From positions 22,072,001 to 22,136,000 of the forward strand of contig NC_047064.1 of NCBI RefSeq assembly GCF_902459465.1: a DNA stretch of 64,000 nucleotides, written 5' to 3'. The notes beneath the pieces are model-generated. The model saw only the letters and a program-made list of their open reading frames with translations. It searched no databases and was not told the DNA's origin. This stretch comes from Asterias rubens (taxonomy: Eukaryota). The first letter of the stretch is position 1. Every line of letters starts with the position of its first letter. The translations under genes were made by a program, and so were the position numbers. Shown here in pieces: positions 55,034 through 64,000 of the stretch.

Positions 55034-57368
55034 AGATTGATCGTCACCAAGTAAAGCCCGCGAATACTTCCTGCGATATGAATGTTGACGTCACAAATTC
55101 ACAACAAATGATTAGCATCAGTTGAAATTTTGTCAACTCCTGTGAAACATTCACAGCGAAAACAGAGATGTTGTGCAAAATACACTTCACATTCACATTT
55201 GCAGGAAGAATCAACCAGGCATAAGGCATGGTGTAACCCACCTACATCTTCATCATGATCTGGGAATCTCAGGGGTTTTTTTTGGGGGGGGGGGGGGCTG
55301 GGTAGGGTGGATTGGGGTTTACGTCAGTACATTGGCGTCCATTTTCAGTAGTTGTCAAAGTGTTTGTGATCCGACACTACATGAAGATACAAACCAAATG
55401 CAAATGCACAATTAGTCAATTGTTTTACTCATTGTTAAAACAACAAAAGCATTTCCAGCAAAAATATGTCAAGGGGAAGTTTTCTACTATGGGCATCTTT
55501 ATGCTATTCGGGTAAATCTGTGAAAATCAATTTTGTGCACATGCCTTAAAGAACAGCTTGAATGAAAACGGCAACAAGTGACCTTTTTTGAAATTCATTC
55601 CAAATGTGTTCAGTCAATAAAGAAATTGGGTCCACATGAGAGTAAACAGATTTTAATTGTAAACAAAGCAATCAATTTGACTACCCCCTCCAGTGTTTTT
55701 CAGAAAGATTCGCGAAAAGCCTTGTTAGGTCATTACCTGTTTTGTCATTTGTGGGAGCTCTGTTTTGTTGCAACAGAGAGGCATAACAAAGCATTGTTTC
55801 ACAAATTATTTCAAAGTATTGTTATTTTGACGCACTCTGTTTCTCAAAATTCATAAGGTTGGGGCCTAATTTTGGTGATAATTAAGAAAATGTTTAGAGG
55901 TGTAAAATTATCAAACTTATAAACAAGATTGACTGACAACCTGTGGAAAAAAATGTTACTGAAGTAGCTGTTTAAGATGCGTGTATGACTTAATTTCTAC
56001 GTACAATATGAGGTCACAATACTAAACATGCAAGATAGCGAAACCTTAAGATGATGATCTTCTCTTTTTAAACAGCTACCTGAGCGGAATGTTTTCAACG
56101 GAAATGGTATTTTTACTTGTTTATAATGCACTTGTTCACCATTTTAATGTAATTTTGATATGTGTACACTTCTGAACTTTTTGTAATTATCGGTTAAAAA
56201 ATCTGGCCCCTACCTCAAGGTTATTTGAAAAACTAAAAACACTTCTGCCGTTGAGAGCGGGCGTCAAAGGACAATGCCGCTGACGTCATTTGTGGGAGTT
56301 TTCTTTGTTATACATCCACGCTGCAACAAAGCGGCTTTATCTACGTTTTGAGAGTGATTACGTAACGGGGCTTTTCGCAAATCTCGCAGAAAAGCTCTGG
56401 ATAAGGGCATACAAAATGATTGTTTTTTTACACAATTGAAACCTATTTATAATCATATGACTCGATTTCCTTATTCATCAAAAACATTTTAAGTGGAATT
56501 CAGCAAAGTTCACGACTTGACATTAAGTTCAAGCAGGTCTTTAAGAAAACATGCTAAGGGATTGTTTGCTTCAAAAATTAACTTTGAAAAGAGGCTGATA
56601 GAAATATCCTGCTACAAGGTCACAAAGTTCAAAAGTAGAAGTGAGTAACTATCAAATGAATTATATGATATTTTCAAATTTTCTTTTTAATTTACAATAT
56701 CTGCAATAAGTTAAGAGATGATAGATGCCAATTTATTTTTGTAATCAGTATATGCAATTAACGATTGATGAAAATGAAATGAAATGAAAGTAATCAATCT
56801 ATTTTTGAAGATAATGTTACTGTGGAAATGGTTTATGAATAAATAACTTAATTGGTTTTTGAGATGTTCAGAACTAAAAATTTAATGTTTAAATATTTAC
56901 TTGGGAGGCTTGCGCATTTATTGATACATATTTGAATATGTTATATAATCAATTTTAGAAAGGGTTTGCGTATATTTGTTGAACCATTTCAACTGTAATC
57001 ATCCCGAGCAGCACTGCAGCTGTTGATATTATCAGTATAACATTTTTAGAAACAATTCCCTTTAAAGGAATATGGTTTTAGAGAGGAGAAAGTTATACAA
57101 AAACATTTCAATCTAAGAAATGTTTCCCAGATTGTTTGTTCCAAACATGGATTAATCTTCCTGTGTGGACTAAATTTTATGCAAAATCTCAAGATATTGG
57201 ACACTACGATGCTAATAAAATTACTCTGTATTCAATTTCCGATACCTTGTTTGAATAATAATAATGGCAATATATCAATGTAATACATTTTTATTAATTA
57301 AATTAAGTTTTTGGCAATGGTCTTTCTTTTTGTATGAAGTTTTCTAAATTTTGTATTTTATATGAATA

Positions 57369-57730
57369 TTAAAGCCATTGGACCCCGTTCGGTACAGAAA
57401 AAAACAAAAAAAGTTCACAGATTTACAAATAATTTACAGGGTTTACAGAAGGTAATGGTGAAAGACTTCCCTTGAAATATTAGTCCATGAAATGCTTTAC
57501 TTTTTGAGAAAACGGTAAAACAATATAAATTCTCGTTAGCGAGAATTACGGATTTATTTTAAACACATGTGATGACACGGCGAAACGCGCGGAAACAAAA
57601 GTGGGTTTTCCCGTTTTTTTCTCTCGACTCCGATGACCGATTGAGCCTAAACTTTCACGGGTTTGTTGTTTTATATATAAGTTGTGATACTTGGACAATA
57701 CTGTTTACCGAAAGTGTATAATGGCTTTAA
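57369..57730 (+). mobile_element. TTAA-flanked MITE (ttaaagccatt...aatggctttaa); related fragments at ~40995-41130 and ~51320-51670 (minus)
   Basis: TTAA ends, a short TIR, and shared internal aagttcacagatttacaaataa...ggtaatggtgaaagactt. Confidence 0.7.
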
Positions 57731-58169
57731 CACTAATGAAAAATAAATAAAACTTTCCACTGAAACTAAAAGAGCTAAGTTCATTTTAAATGTTAATAAC
57801 ATGGTGTGAGGACGATGTTTTTTTCAATTTCCAGTTTTCATTTCTTGTACACTCGGAAATGCTGATAAAATTACTTTGAAATCATTGTGCTGGTCTTGTT
57901 TGAATTTAAAATGACGTAATATCAATAAAACACCTATTTGTGTTGATGAAATGTTAGCTTTGGTGGAGGGCTGTTTTTTTTTTAATTTTGTATCTTTTTT
58001 TCATTTAAACTATGACAAATTACAAATAAAAATTCATTTTTGAAAGGGAATTTGTGACTTTGTTCTGGTTATTTGTTTATTTGTTATATATTTTATAGTT
58101 ATACTTTAATTATCCTATGGACCTTTTCATTTCCAAGTTGTCTATGCCGCATATCACATTATTTTATTC

Positions 58170-58557
58170 TTAAAGGCAGTGGACACTATTGGTAAATATT
58201 CAAAATAATGATCTGCATAAAACCTTACTTGGTAACGAGTAATTGGGAGAGGTTGATTGTATAAAACGTTGTGAGAAACAGTTCCCTCTGAAGTAAAGTA
58301 GTTTTCGAGAAAGAAGTAATTTTCCACGAATTTGATTTCGAGATCTCAGAATTAGATTTTGAGGTCTCGAAATCAATCATCTGGAAGCGCATGCAACTTC
58401 GTGTGACAATGGTGTTTTTTCTTTCATTTTTATCTCGCAACTTCGACGACGGATTGAGCTCAAATTTTCACAGGTTTGTTATTTTATGCATATGTTGAGA
58501 TACATCAAGGGCGAAGACTGGTCTTTGGCAATTATCAATAGTGTCCAGTGCCTTTAA
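58170..58557 (+). mobile_element. TTAA-flanked Kolobok/T2-like MITE
   Basis: ttaaaggcagtggacactattg ... caatagtgtccagtgcctttaa (TIR with one mismatch). Confidence 0.78.
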
Positions 58558-61500
58558 TTGCATGATAGTGGCAATTCCAGAAAATTAAATAAAACTTCCT
58601 CCTTGTAAGTAGTGTGAGGGACAGGAGGTTTCATTTAACATAGGACTGTGTTCAAAAGCACCAAATGGTGGTGAAGAAAGTGTTTTATTATTGAAGATCC
58701 GAATAAGCTAGGGCCAATTTTGTGCAAAGAACAATTAATTTAAATTTCACTTAGTTTCAACAAGTGGAAGGAAGGGCAGGGCTTGTGAAAGGGGGGGGGG
58801 GGGGCGTTAAAAATAATTTCTTAAGGTTTTTAGTATTGCAATACTGTTTTGTTATTTCATTATTGTTTATACAAAGTCTTCATGAGGGGAATTCGCTCAG
58901 ATACATCAATTCTTTACTTCTAAAAATGCTCAAAAAGTGCGGCTTCAAAAATTCTTGTTCCCTTTATTAAAGTTGACAAAAAATTAAATAAAGAACAGTG
59001 GGATGGGAGCCTCTCCTCCGATTGCTCTCTATTTTGTTTATATATTTGTATTGTATTTTTGTATAATTATTATTAATAGAATTATTGAATCTTTGAATAG
59101 CCATCTTGAGCTCTCTGTGCTCATCCATAGTCTGTTTTTTATTATATATTTTTTTTTTTAGCAGTGGCATTCGGTGCAAGATTGTTCTTCCCATGATTAT
59201 ACGTGCCATATTCAGATTGCATCACCGTCAAAAAATACACATTAATTTCCACATTCGTTACCATAAATTATCTTTGGAATAATAAAAGTTAGACTTTTAA
59301 ATTTAGCGCTAAACCCGGAAGTATTCATGCATTTTACGCGGGGCGCTTTTGAAGGGCAAATATTCATCTGATTGGTCAGCGATTCCTAATTTGCATGATG
59401 TCACTGGCTTGCTGCTAGTGAAATTTTACCCTGACTGTTGTTGAGCGGAGGGCCTATTCGGAATGATCGTCTGACGAAAATCCCGTGGAATCACATCCAT
59501 CAGATCTCCAATCACGGTAAATGTCACTCTGTAAATGTATTGTATGTTATTGAAACAAATACTGTGGTAATTTTTACTAATTATTAAATTACAGCGGTTG
59601 ATTTTCAAAGGATATTCGTTCGACTCTATGCTGGCATATCTCGATTTGTAGCTCTGTGTATGTGTACAATACGCACGGCCAGCCATCCAGCGTAAACTGT
59701 ATTTGTACGGTGTGTTTTCGTTGTGTGGTTTCACCACTCGTCGTCATTGACCGTTTTACCCTCGGTAATGTTTTTTGTAATGTATGTAAAGTTGTTTGCT
59801 ACTGATTCTACCATAAAGAGTGCTATGTAATCTATGACTTGTCCCCTTTATTCTCTTGTTTTAATTTTCAAAGTTTATTCTTAAATTAAGGCGTAAATGG
59901 AGTTTTGAATGGTTGTTTCGAGTCGAGTTCTTGTCGCTGTTTGTGCCTCGTCGATCGTGTGCGCGAAACATAGCGAACATCACAGCTGATCACTCAACAC
60001 CATTCCACTTTCGTTGAAATTTGTCATTACTCGAAAGCACCAGTCTTTGCTACTATTTAGGAAAACTGTATCTATATATTGCATAGATTTCTATTTTATG
60101 GTGAAATTCCATTACTGCGGGCGGTTATTCCAGTTTTTGGCAATTTTTCGGGTACAAAACATTCATGCGTTCAGTACGGAACGAAGCATTGGTAAAAATC
60201 ATAACATTTTGAGTTTCGCTCCAAATTTCGTCGGGAGAAATTTAATATTTCTGGGTTTTAAAAAAAGTTTTAAGTCCTTTAGGAAGATGCCATATTTATA
60301 TAGATTTTTGACACACCAATTATTGTCGTGAAATTAGTGTACTTTCTTGGAGAGAAACAGATATTTGGGTAGTATCTTTGGCAAATTTGACTGAGTGGTT
60401 TCCTTATTGCAGGTTTTTATACACACAAGTTGTTTACTGGTCTCAACCATAACTAAAATAGGGGTGTTCTACATCAGACACATTTATTCAACGTTTTGTT
60501 TTTAAATAAACACGATGTTATATTTAATATTTCTCTACAAGAGTACTTTACACAAGATTAAAACTAACAAGAATTTTTTTTTTATTGCTGTTTGTGTTCT
60601 TATGGGCCGTTAAGAATTTTTTACTAGTCTTCATTCCAACCTTGTTTCCCATTTCAGATGGTAGAAATAGCGTGAACCCAGTCGCCATGTTTGCTCGAAT
60701 TTGTAAGCGTTGCAACCCGCCTTGCGTTGTCGTGTTCAAGAATAAAATGCATTTTCACGAAAACCTAATTACGATTCTAGATTCTTCGTAGCAGTGTAGC
60801 TGCTTTATTTGAAACTGTTAGTATTTTCTTCAGTGTTTCTGATAATCCTTTCTGGAAGATTGTAAATACTGGATAGAATATTTTGTTAAATTGGTGAACA
60901 GAAATTTAGTGGGTAGCTTCAGTGTGGCAAATCTGCCAAAAACATGGGCAGCTGGTTTTTTTTTAAACAAAAAAACTGTCATGCTGTCTGTTTATTGTTT
61001 TTTTTTTTTTTTTTGTATTTTAAACTATCCATGAGTGCTTTCAGATTCTTAATGTTTCATTCAGATTAATGATAAAAACGAAAATTTGTGAACCTGATTC
61101 AAAAGTTAATTTTCTAATGATTGGCTTTTAAAATTGTGTTTAATTAGAAATCCCAAATTGAATACTGTGATTTGTTTTTAAAAGATAATTAATATTATGA
61201 ACTGTTTTTCATGGACGGTAGTTTTTGTTGCTTGCAAACGTTATTTGTTTTCTTTCAACTTTCTATGAAATGATATTGGCGTAATTAATGCAAAAAAGGG
61301 TTACGTTTTAGACCAAATGCTGAAGAACACCCCCCCCCCAACACACACACACACACGTTAAAAATTTTAAATATTGTACAACTAAAAGTAGGAACATTTC
61401 CCTGTCATTTCTATTTTTCCTGGCTAACAGTCTTTTTCCCAAAACAATTTTGTATTATTTGTATCAATTTGGTCTCTTCTGCCCCAAAATTATAAAGCAG

Positions 61501-62010
61501 TTTAACAGGTACATGTAAGCAAACTTAAATCACAGCAAGGTAGTGCAGTATTTTCTCCTAAAATCACACTTAAATCCCACTTGTGCAAAATCGCCCTATA
61601 GCTTAGCTTGGAATGAAAGTTTCAGATTTGCGTTCGTTTTTTCTTTTCTTATCCTGCTCTCCGATCTGCAGTCTTGTCTTTTACTGCGCACCATTCGTTT
61701 CAACATCCACAGAATTGTCAATCTCAGGCCCCTGATGGACATTGTATAGTAATCTCTCGTGATAGTGCTGGGCGACGCAATTATTGAGTCTTGGACACAA
61801 GGTTCCGTTTATTGGCTGAAATTATCTAGACACGTTGCCTTCCGACACAAAGAGAGAAAAATGCAGTTGAAATGCCGTTACAAAATAGCTGGTTAAAGCT
61901 GCTGTCAATGTTTATACCAAAGATTGATCTTTGATTAATACTAGCAAGTGATTTGCAGGCGCTCCGTAAATATTTTTGTCCTGGCGCTCAACGATTTTTG
62001 TTCGAGCGCT

Positions 62011-62188
62011 NNNNNNNNNNNNNNNNNNNNNNNNNNNNNNNNNNNNNNNNNNNNNNNNNNNNNNNNNNNNNNNNNNNNNNNNNNNNNNNNNNNNNNNNNN
62101 NNNNNNNNNNNNNNNNNNNNNNNNNNNNNNNNNNNNNNNNNNNNNNNNNNNNNNNNNNNNNNNNNNNNNNNNNNNNNNNNNNNNNNNN
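62011..62188. other. Assembly gap (run of N)
   Basis: Contiguous Ns. Confidence 0.99.
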
Positions 62189-63439
62189 CCATCAGTGTAA
62201 AAAACACTGTTCACCCTGAGGGCTCTGTAGAAGAGCAAAACACAGAACAATATATAAACAAAACATTTGGTATTTTGAGAGTTTTTGGCCGGTGCCACGC
62301 CCGTACAAAACCGCGTGTGGAGAAACCTGAAATTATTAATTCGGCTGGTTTCCTTATTAATGTAAGCCTAATTTTGCTCTGCTTAGCTACTATTTATGCT
62401 TAATCGGCTCTCTAATGTAAGTGGAAAAATGTTTGATGTATACAGAATTTTATACAAATTCTCCAGCTGAGAAAACAAAGCAGCTGCTGATCAAGACCCA
62501 ATTTTATGAAGCTGCTTTTTTTTTCAAGCATAAAAAGTTATGCTTTCAAGAATCAGGTTACCATCTAAAATACTATTCTACATAGAACAGAATGTAACTG
62601 GTGTCCTGCTTAGTTGTGCTTAGAGCAGCAAAATGCAACTCTTTAAAATGGAGGGTCCTTTCCTACATGTAAGTTCAGCAGTAAAAAAATACAAGTCTCA
62701 TGTGAATTTGTGACATCCTCTGGCGTATAATATTTATAAAGTAGTGTATTCTGTGCGAATAACTAGTGAAACAATAAGAAGAACTTGACGTTTAGGTTTG
62801 CAGTGAAGATCGCAGTAATTCGATTATAATTTCTTTGTGTTTCATGTCAATGAAATTTCTATTCATACGCATCCGCTGTTTGTCAGGTTTGATGGTAGTG
62901 AACATACCGCGGTGTGGAACGTAATTACCTTCAAACTTTAAAACAAACAACACCTTCAACATTTGCTGAAACATAGCTGGGTACATGTATATACGTACAG
63001 GATGGATAGGAAATTATAGATAATTGGGTCACGTCTTAAATTATTGGTTGTTTCTTCACCTTGAACTTGGACCTTGATCTTTGTACATTCTTAGGAAGGG
63101 AAACTTCCTCCTTGCCAGCGCCCACCCCCCCCCCCCATTTACGATGATTGCCCTTCCGCATTAAAGAACTATATCTTATGTCCCTTCCAACAGAATGTAC
63201 ATGTAAGCAGGTTTTGTTGTAAAAATACACAATTTGCAAGATTTGAACTAGACATGGAAGGAAAACACAGTGCCATTATTTAAAACACAGTGCGGTCCCT
63301 TAACAGCACATGACTGTGCTTAGACTGCCCTCAAACGGGGATTTGGAAAGAAAGTGACGAGTGAAACGACCACAAAGACAAAACGGGTTTAAATACGAAG
63401 ACCTGGAAAGCACTTCATAGTCTAGCCCCAGTACATAAA

Positions 63440-63670
63440 AGAGACATAATGTGTACAAACCATCTGGGATCCAATCTGAGATCATCAAACAAACTACTAT
63501 TGAACATGCAGACATGTAGATCTCATTCTTCATCAGGAGATAGAAGCTTTGTTTCATGTGCACCAAAGCTATGGAACAATCTCCCTTATCATCTCTATAA
63601 ACTTGACTCCTTCAAGATCTTCAAAAGACAGCTTTAGACTCATCTCATTGAATCTGCTTCTATTTAGTCC
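63440..63670 (+). mobile_element. CR1/L2-group LINE 3'-end remnant
   Basis: NLRSSNKLLL...GDRSFVSCAPKLWNNLP...FKRQL is typical of the ORF2 C-terminus. A similar remnant lies at ~40860-40970. Confidence 0.7.
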
Positions 63671-64000
63671 ATTGCACTTGTCTTCTCCACATGAAATTGT
63701 GCAAACTTTTGTCTTAAATTTGTCCTTTACTTTGCTATGGCGTCTCGGAATAGGCACGTTAAATCGGTGGTTCCATTTTCAAATCTTGCTCCAGTCGGCT
63801 TGTCCTTGTTGTTTTTAACTTGTCTCATACTTGTATAAAGCATTAGGGCTATTACGACTAATTCTGCTGTTTCTGATTCATCAAAGCCACAGCCTTAAGA
63901 TTTTCTATTTCTAAAGTTTGTGGTATGAAGAGAACATGACTGGAACTTGTCTGTTGGCAAGATGCCTCAACTGTATATGGTGTGTCTTATGATGAATTAT

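Noticed and set aside
61912-62403. ORFs spanning poly-X
   Set aside because: Artefacts of the N gap at 62011-62188.

Overview
Eukaryotic, intron-rich animal genomic DNA. The repeat landscape and gene content suggest an invertebrate deuterostome such as a sea star, but this is inference only. Bases ~1-37.2 kb hold a head-to-tail tandem array of five + strand carboxyl/cholinesterase (COesterase, type-B) paralogs, called P1-P5 here: P1 is 5'-incomplete, P1/P2 and P3/P4 are close pairs, and P5 is divergent. I reconstructed all five from GT-AG exons whose lengths and phases add up to intact frames. All keep the catalytic Glu and His, and P2-P5 also show the nucleophilic Ser, the oxyanion-hole HGGG and a signal peptide (P1's N-terminal exons lie outside the window). 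Each ends in a separate exon encoding a cholinesterase-type WAT tetramerisation helix, yet the four visible omega loops (P2-P5) are short and lack the choline-binding Trp. P2 carries an in-frame TAA inside its WAT exon. Active-site-lining positions differ between the members of each pair (GESAG/GTSAG/GQSAG; parallel loss of the acyl-pocket Trp), whereas an exon-1 tract and the WAT core are homogenised between subfamilies. A complete 10-exon SELENBP1/methanethiol oxidase gene (480 aa) follows at 39555-55033. The rest consists of two decayed LINE RT fragments, TTAA-flanked Kolobok-like elements (one with a deleted THAP domain), several MITE families, SINE-like fragments, several minisatellites (which explain the long spurious ORFs) and an N gap at 62011-62188. 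No CRISPR, rRNA or bona fide tRNA gene was seen.
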